From Phaeosaccion multiseriatum (taxonomy: Eukaryota; Protista; Ochrophyta, other classes): a DNA stretch of 64,000 bases. The position numbers were made by a program, and so were the translations under genes. Positions within the stretch are counted from its first letter, which is position 1; the number at the start of each line of letters is the position of its first letter. Where the stretch lies: assembly GCA_965112735.1 (NCBI GenBank), contig OZ218951.1, forward strand, positions 3,100,001 to 3,164,000, read 5' to 3'. Positions 50,520 through 64,000 of the stretch are shown here, one piece after another. The notes under the pieces are model-generated. The model worked only from the letters and a program-made list of their open reading frames with translations. It searched no databases and was not told where the DNA came from.

Positions 50520-53500
50520 TATGTGGGTAGGAGGAGGGCTGGACTGTTCTCGCAACCACCCCAAACAACAAAACTCAATCCAGGCCCACTCGCAATCACT
50601 CACGCACTCACTCAACTCACTCTCTCACTCACTCTCCCACTCACTCACTCACTCACTCACTCACTCACTCACTCACTCACTCACTCGCTTACTTACTCAA
50701 CTCATTCACTCACTCACTCACTCACTTGCTCACCCACTCACTCACTCACTTGTTCACCCACTCACTCACTCACTCATCCACTCACTCACCCACCCACTCA
50801 CGTACTCGCTCGCTCACTCACTCACTCACTCACTCACCCACTCACTCACTCACTCACGCACGCACTCACTCACTCACTCACTCACTCGCTCACTCAATCA
50901 CGCACTTACTCACTCACTCACTTACTCACTTACTCACTCACTCACTCACTCCCTCACTCCCTCACTCACCTACTCACTCACTCTCTCACTCACTCACCCA
51001 CTCACTCACTCACTGACTCACTCCCCCCCTCCCCCCCTCCCCCCCTCACTCACTCACTCACTCACTCACTCACTCACTCACTCACTCACTCACCCACTCA
51101 CTCACTCACTCACTCAATTCACTCACTCACCCACTCACTCACTCACTCAATCACTCACTTCCCCCCTCCCCCCTCACTCACTCACTTACTGCCTCACTCA
51201 CCCACTCACCCACTCACTCACTCACTCACCCACTCACTCACTCACACACTCAACCACTCACCCACTCACTCACTCAATCACTCACTCACTCACTCACTCA
51301 CTCACTCACTCACTCACTCACTCACTCACTCCCTCACTCCCTCACTCCCTCACTCACTCACTCACTCACTCACTCACTCACTCACTCACTCACTCACTCA
51401 CTCACTCACTCACTCACTCACTCAATCACTCACTCACTCACTCACTCACTCACTCGCTCACTCACCCACTCACCCACTCACTCACTCACTCACTCACTCA
51501 CTCACACACTCACTCACTCACTCACTCACTCACTCACTCACTCACTCAACCACTCACTCACTCGCTCAATCACTCACTCACACACTCACTCACTCACTCG
51601 CTCACTCACTCGCTCACCCACTCACTCACTCACTCACTCACTCACTCACTCACTCACTCACTCACTCACTCACTCACTCACTCACTCACTCACTCACTCA
51701 CTCACTCACTCACTCCCCCCCTCCCCCCTCACTCACTCACTTACTGACTCACTCACCCACTCACCCACTCACTCACTCACCCACTCACTCACTCACTCAC
51801 TCACTCACTCACTCACTCACTCACTCACTCACTCACTCACTCACTCACTCACTCACTCACTCACTCACTCACTCACTCACTCACTCACTCACTCACTCAC
51901 TCACTCACTCACTCACTCACTCACTCACTCACTCACTCACTCACTCACTCACTCACTCACTCACTCACTCACTCACTCACTCACTCACTCACTCACTCAC
52001 TCACTCACTCACTCACTCACTCACTCACTCACTCACTCACTCACTCACCCACCCACTCACTCACTCACTCACTCACTCACTCACTCACTCACTCACTCAC
52101 TCACTCACTCACTCACTCACTCACTCACTCACTCGCTCACTCACTCACCCTCTCTACGACGTCCTCCTGCTGTGCCCAGGAGAGCGCCTCGTTCTCTGTG
52201 GCGAGCTGGATGTAAAAGTGCGCCGTCGGAGTAAGCACTGCGTTCACCAAAGCGTCACGGCACGTAGCGCAGGCACTGCGAGAGGATGGCAGTGGATGGG
52301 GAGGAGGGCGGGGGTGGCAGTAGATGGAATGGCAGTGGATGGGAAACGAGAGAACGAGAGTGAGGTTGTACAGCAAGCTTAGTGGTATCGAGGGAAGGCT
52401 TTCAGACGAGAGGAGTGGTGACACCGCCCTGAACCTCACTCACCCACCCACCCACCCACCCACCCACCCACCTACCCACTCTCCCACCCTCTATCCTGAC
52501 ACCCCCCCACCTACCCTCTGTCCTGACACCCCACACCACACCTACCTGTCTCCCGTAGCGATGGCGAAGTCAACTTGTGCGAGCACCACGTGTCGCGTGT
52601 GTACGTCGTCGAGGGAACGCATCATGCGGCGCCTGCTCTCCCCCTCCCCCTCGCCAGCCCCTATCCATCCACTGCCACCCTCTCCCCATCCACTGCCATC
52701 CCCTTCTTCCCAGCCCACCACCCCGTCTTCCTCGTACTCCTCTGGGTACTCCGAGTACTCCGAGTACACTTCCCCTCTCCCCCCTCCCCCTGCCTCCCAC
52801 TCCCCCTCCCTGCCATCCTCCCCCATCACGTCCTCCTCCTTATCCTTATCCTTCTCCTCCTCCTCCTCCTTCTCCTCCTCTTCCTCCTCTTCCTCCTCCT
52901 TCTCCTCCTCCTCCTCCTCCTCCCACTCGCCGCTCTCCTCCTCCGCGCCGTCGGCACAGTCTCCCCCCCCCCCCTCCTCCTCCTCCTCCTCCTCCTCCCC
53001 CTCCTCCTTCTTCTTCGTGTTCTTCTTCTCCTTCTCCTTCTCCCCCGTCTCCTGCTTCTTCTCGGTCTCGTCGTCCGCCTCTCCCCTCTCTTCGTCCTCC
53101 TTGCCAGGCTCCGACTTCTTTCCTTCTTCTCCTTCTCCTCCCCTTTCTCCTCCCCTTTCTCCTCCCCCTCCTTCTCCTTCTCTGTCCTCTACCCTTCTCC
53201 TCCTCCTCCTCCTCCTCCTCAGCTTTTTGGCGGTATCGCTGGTCCCCGAGGGGGTCCCCGAGGGGGTCCCCGAGGGGGCTTGAGCTTTCCTTACGAGCCC
53301 CGCGTAGCCCTTGTCATCGCCCGTGGGCATGTGTATGCTTTCTAATTGACGACGCAGCAGCTCCACCTCTCCCCCTCCTCCTTCTCTTCCTCCTTCTCCT
53401 CCTCTTCCTCCTCCTCCTTCTCCTCCTCCTCCTCCTCCGCCTCCTCCTCCTCTTCCTCCTCCCCTTCCTCCTCCTCTTACTCCTCCCCTTCCTCCCCCTC

Positions 53501-56255
53501 TTCCTCCTCGTCCTCGTCCTCCACCTCCAATCCCGCCTCTCCCTCGCCCCCTCCCCGCCACCGCTGCTCGGGAGGGGTGCGGAGGGGGACCTGCTATTCC
53601 TATAGAGTGCTCGCTCCGTCTGTGGTGGTGAGGGGGAGGGGGCGAGGGAGCGAGAAGAGGGGCGAGGGAGCGAGAAGATGTAACAGCGAGGGAGAGTCAA
53701 AATCGGACGGGCGGGGGCGAGGGTGGAGACTGATCGCCGAACGCTCTTCCGTGCCACCTGTGGAACAACAACCACACCTTCACCAACCGCAGAGGCTCCC
53801 TGCCTCTCTCCCTCCCTCCCTCCCTCCATCCATCCATCCATCCATCCATCCATCCCGTCCTTCGAGTTTCAGTTCCCCTTCCGTGTGTGTCGACTTCCAT
53901 AAATTCGACGTCAACATATATACCGGAATACATCAAAGGCCATACTATTTTAGAAAAGTATCGACAACAAATCCTCTCCCTTCTGACCTTGTTGGTTGTC
54001 CAGAGGGTGAGTCCAGATGGCGGCCTAGGTTGTCGATCTCTGCCTGCAGGCTTCGTACCTTAGAGCGCAGATGCGAGATCTCCGCCTCTTGCTTGCGCTG
54101 AGAGATGGTGGGATGGCAGTGGATGGCAGTGGATGGCAGTGGATAGGATGATAGTGGATGGGGTGGGATGGAGGAGCCGCCCACAGGGGGTGGGGGGGGT
54201 GGGGGGGTGGGTGGGTGAGTGAGTGAGTAACTCACCGATGGCAGTGGATGGGATCGAGAAGACGCTACAGGGTGGGCGGGGAGGGGGGGCATGCATCTAC
54301 TGCCATCCTACCTCTCCCCCATCCACTGCCATCCTACCTCTCCCCCATCCACCACCGTCCTTACCTGTCTGTGTGCCTGGAAGCTGGTGTTGCTGTTGAT
54401 GGTCTCTTTGAAGCGATCGATGCGCCTCGCCATTGAGTACTTGGCCCAGGCTCTAAAGCAGTCCGAGAGGGACACACCGGCTCCGAACATCTTCTTTGCG
54501 TACACCTTGAGCATGGATTCGCGGAGCTGCTGCTCGGTCTGTGGTCGGGGTGTGGTCGGGGTACGGTGCGGCGAAAAGGTGAGGCGGAATGGTGGGGTGG
54601 GGTGGGGTGGGGTGGGATGGGGTGAGGGAAGAATGCCTCAAAGAGGGAATAAGTTGAAATCTCCGACACCACCTCATGCCCTCACTTCACTTCACTTCAC
54701 ACTACAGCCAGTTTTCAGTTGTCAGTTTTCAGTTCATGTGACCTTTTGATCAATATTGAACAGTTCATGTGACCTTTTGATCAAGATCGATCAGTTCATG
54801 TGACCTTTTGATCAAGATCGATCAGTTCATGTGACCTTTTGATCAATATTGAACACCACAAAAAGGAGTCGATATGGAAGCTTCACGACTGCCCCGCGCC
54901 CTTACCGTGGCGACTACTTTCCAGCTGCTGAGGACCCTTCTCAGCAGTGACTGTGTCTTACGCCTGGTGAGAATCGTATTCATGATCTGCCATCGCACGG
55001 CCTCCTGCTCCTCGATGCCCTCCTTGCTGATCTGTCGGAGCTTCTTTTGTGTCACGAGAAGCTCACTGCGGAGTCTCCTATTGTCAGCGTAGTACGGCGT
55101 GGCCGCGAGCAGCATGCGTGTGTTGACAATGCCCGGGGACCCCCCTCTCGAGCTCTCTGCGTGGGGGCGTGGCGCCAAGTCGACGAAGATGGAGGCGAAG
55201 ACCTCTTCCTTGAGTGCCTGGAAGATTTGCGTCAGACCCCCTGTTACAGTGAGCAGAGCCAAGAACAAGGCGGAGGGGGTTTGCTCGTTAGTTTGGTTCT
55301 CTCTGCATGAGGTTCATTTGAACTTCCTTCATTCGGGGAGAGAGAGGGCAAGTGAGACTAAATCAGTGTTGCAAGAGACATGACTTTCTGTCTACGTTCG
55401 TAGAAATGTTTCCAATCACTCACCCATATGCTGCGAGATCTTCTCGAGTACGTCACAGCATACCACGGTGCGGAAGCGACTGGGCACGCCGAGCTTGGAC
55501 GTGATGCGCTGCACCTCCTTGAGTTTGAGCTCGCAGTACGTGGAGGCGCTGAAGTACTCAGGCTTGGCTTCGTACCGTCTGAACCAGTCAGCCATGAGCA
55601 GGATGGACGGATCCTGCACGTTGTCTCGCATCAAGGAAGACGGCGGATTGTGCAGGATGGTCGCACCGTCGATGTGGTTTTGTGGGGAGCCCATCATGGC
55701 TCCTCTGGCCCAGCCTCCTGCACGGTCGGCTGCCCCACAGCTTCCGCTCCCCGCCCCCCCCTCGCCATCCCCAGCAGTGGTTCCTCCTCCGTCCCCGCCT
55801 GTTATCAAAGGTCTCTTCCTTCGTTGGTCTCCTACCCCTCCCGCATCTCTTGGTGCCGACGCCCATACGGACACGTCGGGTGTTCGATACACGAATGTCT
55901 GTGGTGGCCCCCCGCCCGCCTGCTGCTGATGGCCAGAACTGCTGCCTCCCCTGCAGGTGTTGGCGGCTGCCAGCAAAAGATTCCGTTCTGTACGCACTGT
56001 CCCTCCTCCCCTATGGCCAGATTCCGGCACCACCGACTTGCTACCTGGACTCGGCTTCCTCAACGCTCCCGCGGCTGCTGCTATTGCCGGTCGAGGGCTT
56101 GTCCCCGCTCCCCCTGCTCCAGGACCGGCGCGCTCGACTCTGAAGTCATGAGGGTGGGAGAGATGCCGCCGAGCCCGGGAGGGCTTCTTAGGCTCCCTGC
56201 CAAGCTTCCTCTGCTCTTCCACCCACGGGCTGCTCGCCGCAGTAGTAGTAGTCAT
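42342..56255 (-). CDS. Large multi-exon protein with a calponin-homology (fimbrin/plastin-type) domain, a possible TSNAXIP1-N-like N-terminal region and an EF-hand-like C-terminal region
   Basis: CH signature [15 protein letters not shown]...[15 protein letters not shown]|IFLVLL (about 50.0-50.4 kb). N-terminal [43 protein letters not shown]-terminal [15 protein letters not shown]. Collinear minus-strand GT-AG exons. Treating it as one gene is an inference. Confidence 0.6.
45464..45584. repeat. Intronic 22-26-bp minisatellite, 5 copies
   Basis: Core ATCGATG(C/T)AG(T/C)A(C/T)GTCGAA(GG) repeated. Confidence 0.88.
46145..46330. repeat. (ACTC)n microsatellite
   Basis: About 185 bp of near-perfect tetranucleotide repeat. 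Confidence 0.95.
48305..48960. repeat. CCATC/CCACTG-based intronic satellite with a 170-bp higher-order period
   Basis: Basic ~20-mer CCATCCCATGCCATCCACTG; the diagnostic variant CTCATCCATT recurs at 48431, 48601 and 48771. Confidence 0.9.
50595..52148. repeat. ~1.5-kb (ACTC)n satellite inside an intron
   Basis: Degenerate at the low-coordinate end and nearly pure from about 51780 to 52148. It produces the spurious HSLT-repeat ORFs. Confidence 0.97.
54730..54853. repeat. 31-bp minisatellite, 4 copies
   Basis: CAGTTCATGTGACCTTTTGATCAA + (TATTGAA | GATCGAT) at 54730, 54761, 54792 and 54823. Confidence 0.95.
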
Positions 56256-56625
56256 CTTTTCCTATGCTTTGAGCATGTTGAGTTGCTCTCAGCACTGGGC
56301 TCGTTAGAATCGGCCAGTGAGGCCAGCAAGAGCACCACAGCAGCTCTGGCACATCCCTCGGGAGCTTATCCAAGCCAAGCCACTGGTCTCTTGGGTTCTG
56401 CTGAGGTGTCGGATGTCGATTGAAAAACCGCCGTCGGATAAACACGAAACGGCAAGTGAGGTAGGGGTTGGAGAGAACGGGGCAGGAGCTGTAAGGGCTG
56501 CATCGAGTGAGCAACAGATGTTTTCTTGTTTTGGAAACTTGGCGACGGAGCTGCGGGACTGAGGGCCCGACCTGGGGCTTTAGAATAGAAGCAAGGACGG
56601 GTGAAGGAAAAAGGGACTGCACACC

Positions 56626-60916
<4,291 letters not shown>

Positions 60917-62605
60917 GTAAAAAAAATCTTGGCTGGAGGGCGAAACCGTCACAGCGCTGCCGCTCTGGCTGTGCTATAGTCTCCATGAAGACCGACTGGC
61001 TGTGCAATACTCTCCATGAGGACCGACCGGACAGCAGCCAGGACGTAGGCGCGATAGTCAGTGCGTGTGTGCGCGCGTGGGTATCAACGTAAGGACGGCC
61101 CCCCACAGACAGGGAAAAAGTCGAAGCGCGTCACGGCCCACTCACACCAGAGCATGAGGTCATGAGATCATGCAGACGAAGTGAGCACCCCCTCCCCCCT
61201 TGTTCTCCACGTGTACACCACTTTGCTTTCTTTCACGGCACTGCGAGCGACGCGAGCGGCTCGTTGGGGTGTGGCGTAGAGCGAACAGAAAGGGGAGGAA
61301 GTAGCAGGAGCCGCAGCGAAGCGACAGTCCGACAGCAACGGCGACAGCAACGGCCAAAGGGCGGGAGGCAGGACGGGGTGCCGCCTCAGCAAGCAGGATC
61401 ACCTTCCTCTGCCGAAAGAAGCCACCGAGCGATCCCGACTCGGAGCCACACAGATGCAGACAGATTAATTAGCACAGTCGTGGAGAGAATGGCTCGCAGA
61501 CGATCGTCTTACTGGATGCTTAAGCTCCAGCAAATGTGTTGTTAAAATTAAAACAGCACAAGAGCAGCCCAGCGTCAGTAGCCAGGGGGAAGGAGACAGG
61601 GGGGCATACGATAAGGCATGACAAGGCGCTAGTGTTGTACAGTTGTAGCGCGCAGCTGTCCGCTGAGTATCTAGTCCAATTAAACATGTGTCAGGCGCGC
61701 TATCTAAGGCCTTTCACAATAGGGGGGGGGGGGGGGCAGCGAGGATTGGCAGCCCTGAGCCTTGAGGGAAGCGTGGAACCAGGCCGTCGGTGCGAGTCCG
61801 CTCGAAACTGTCGCAGTCGCCCAACCCCCCCGGATTGGATACATTCCACTCCACTCCAGCCTCCCGTAGCTTGCTCTGTTTGTATGTTAATACTGCGGTG
61901 TGTAAGAGGGCGGCCAGAGCTATTGCCCTTGAAACGAACGCTTACTATTTTTTCTCTTGGAAGTGTGCGAGGGCGCCTACCTATACCGTATAGAACAAAT
62001 GCCTTCTCCTCGCCCAGCCTTACACAAGGCCAAGAGCTTCCCGCTATTGCCTTCCCCTCGCAATTTGCACAAGATCACCCTCCCTGTGCGTCGGGTCGGC
62101 TTGATGGACCGTCTACACTCCTCCTCCTCCTCCTCCTCCTCCTCCTCCTCCTCCTCCTCCTCCTCCTCCTCCTCCTCCTCATCTCTCCCCGCTTTGCTCC
62201 TTCCCATAGGAACGACACGTGGTGCCTCTCTCCAGGCGTGCTCATGAGGCCCTTGAAGCAGCAAACATGTCCTCGAAGCATCGCTCGCGCTGTCTACTCT
62301 CCCTCCTGTCGTCGGCTCCAGGCGAGGTTTCTCGGGCTTTAGGCTTCTGGGCCGTAGCCCCCTCCAGGCTTCGGGCTTCTGGCCGCAGGCCAGCGTAGGC
62401 TTCTGGCCGCAGGCCAGTGGTCAGGCTTCAGGCTTCTCAGGCTGGGAGAAAAATGGGGGACTTGGCAGGCTTTTCGCTACTTTCTGCAGGCTTCTGGCCG
62501 CAGGCCAGCCGCAGGCTTCTTACTTTCGGCCGCAGGCCGCCGCGGGCTTCTGCTTTATCGGGGGCCCGAGAAACCTCGCCTGGAGCCGACTGTCGTCTTC
62601 CCCTC

Positions 62606-64000
62606 TCAGCTCATTTCCTCCGCCATGCTCTCCCACGTCTCGCTCCCGACACTCCAGGGCCTCTCCAGCGGCGGCATCCCCCTCTCCCTCTCGAAGGTCG
62701 GGTCAGTCCTTCGCATCAGGTCCAACGCGCTTTGGGATCGGAAGAAGTCTGCTGCCGTATCTCTGAGGTGGTGCTCCATCTCGGGGCCCACTCCATTCCG
62801 CCATGCCGCAGCCAAGGCCTTGTCCACCGAGGCATCGGCCGACAGGAGCTGCCGCGTAGTGCCGTGCTGATTGAAGAAGACGGCGAGAAACAGTGGGGTG
62901 GCGCCGTCCGATGTCTGAGCGTCTATCGGGGATCCGGCAGAGATGAGACGAGCGACGACAGCTTCCTGCCCCATACGCACAGCAAGGTGGAGAGGTGTCG
63001 TGTTTTTCTCAATGGTCTCTGCCTCAACCTTTGCTCCCGCAGAGAGAAGTCGCTCCACCACGGCGTCGTGGCCTTCCTGAGCGGCCGCGTGAAGAGCAGT
63101 GAAGCCCTGGAGGTTGGAGGCGGAGACGTCCGCCCGTGCAGCCAAAAGTATCTTCACCACGGCGTCGTGGCCATCCCGAGCGGCCTGGTGCAGAGCAGTG
63201 GTGCCCTGGAGGTCAGAGGCGAATACGTCCGCCCGTGCAGCCAAAAGTATCTTCACCACGGCGTCGTGGCCTTCCTGAGCGGCCATGTGCAGAGCAGTGA
63301 GGCCCTGGAGGTCAGAGGCGAAGACGTCCGCCCGTGCCGCCAAAAGTATCTTCACTACCGCCAAGCTTCCTCCAAGCGCGGCCATGATGAGAGGAGTAAA
63401 GCCGCCGTTGCCCCTGGCCTCCACGTTGGCATGCTCATCGAGAAGCTGCTGCACGACGGACGCATGCCCGCACTGCGAGGCTGCACACAGTGGAGTGTGG
63501 CTGCGTTTATCAGCCCTGTCGATGTTGGCGTTGGCCCTGATGAGCCGATGCACTACTCTCCCATGCCCGCGTAGGGACGCCATGAAGAGTGGAGTCCTTC
63601 CGGTGTTGTCTGTTTTGTTCACCTCCGCGTTCACTGCAATGAGCTGCTCTACGATGGAGGTGTGCCCATTTTGAGAAGCCACCCAGATCGAAGTATTTCC
63701 CGCATTGCTAGCAGCATTGACACCGGCCCCGGCCAGAAGGAGCTGCTGCACAGTATTGAAGTGCCCTTTTTCGGCAGCCACAATCAAAGGCGTCACTCCA
63801 TCGAGATCGACCTCGTCTACACGGGCCCCGACATCCAGCAGCCGCCTCGCCACCTCGTCGTGCCCCGCCTGGCATGCCTCTATCAATGGCGTGGTCCCGT
63901 CCCGCCCTCCCCTGGTGCTGAAGGAGCCCCCCTCCTTGAGCAGAAGGTCAACGACATCCAGCCGACCGAAAATCGCAGCCCATATCATAGCCGTATATCC
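62606..64000 (-). CDS. Ankyrin-repeat protein (5' end outside window), about 11-12 ANK repeats
   Basis: Uninterrupted ORF with repeated G.TPL..AA..GH..VV..LL..GA.V[N/D] units; stop at 62606. Confidence 0.93.
   Translation of the reverse strand, partial: GYTAMIWAAIFGRLDVVDLLLKEGGSFSTRGGRDGTTPLIEACQAGHDEVARRLLDVGARVDEVDLDGVTPLIVAAEKGHFNTVQQLLLAGAGVNAASNAGNTSIWVASQNGHTSIVEQLIAVNAEVNKTDNTGRTPLFMASLRGHGRVVHRLIRANANIDRADKRSHTPLCAASQCGHASVVQQLLDEHANVEARGNGGFTPLIMAALGGSLAVVKILLAARADVFASDLQGLTALHMAAQEGHDAVVKILLAARADVFASDLQGTTALHQAARDGHDAVVKILLAARADVSASNLQGFTALHAAAQEGHDAVVERLLSAGAKVEAETIEKNTTPLHLAVRMGQEAVVARLISAGSPIDAQTSDGATPLFLAVFFNQHGTTRQLLSADASVDKALAAAWRNGVGPEMEHHLRDTAADFFRSQSALDLMRRTDPTFERERGMPPLERPWSVGSETWESMAEEMS

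Noticed and set aside
50349-52382. 677-aa and 463-aa HSLT-repeat ORFs
   Set aside because: Translation of a stop-free (ACTC)n intronic satellite.
62417-63574. 385-aa plus-strand ORF
   Set aside because: Antisense shadow of the GC-rich ankyrin CDS.

Overview
Gene-dense, intron-rich eukaryotic nuclear DNA. It is most likely from a photosynthetic stramenopile (ochrophyte): one gene has a signal peptide, an ASS-F plastid motif and a twin-arginine thylakoid signal. Eleven protein genes were reconstructed by hand from splice sites: NDUFB11/ESSS-like (-), SDHAF3 (+), CNOT1 (+, about 21 exons), a Golgi-type sulfotransferase (-), a divergent AP2-domain protein (+), a TMEM184/OSTalpha transporter (-), a thylakoid FKBP (+), an unknown protein (+), a large calponin-homology protein (-), a C11orf65/MFI-like IQ protein (+) and an intronless ankyrin protein (-, 5' end outside the window). 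Introns are full of micro- and minisatellites, and most ORFs in the supplied track are repeat or antisense artefacts. Five signals are not explained by the gene models: (1) a ~760-bp fold-back at 28.55-29.31 kb with a 98-bp perfect inner stem; (2) two short DNA motifs, CAGTTGGTGATAC and GGATGGCAGTGGA, scattered on both strands in non-coding DNA and in different reading frames of unrelated CDSs; (3) a frameshifted RecQ-type helicase relic at ~41.1-41.4 kb; (4) four tight head-to-head gene pairs; (5) a satellite with a 170-bp higher-order period. All annotation is by eye, with no database search.
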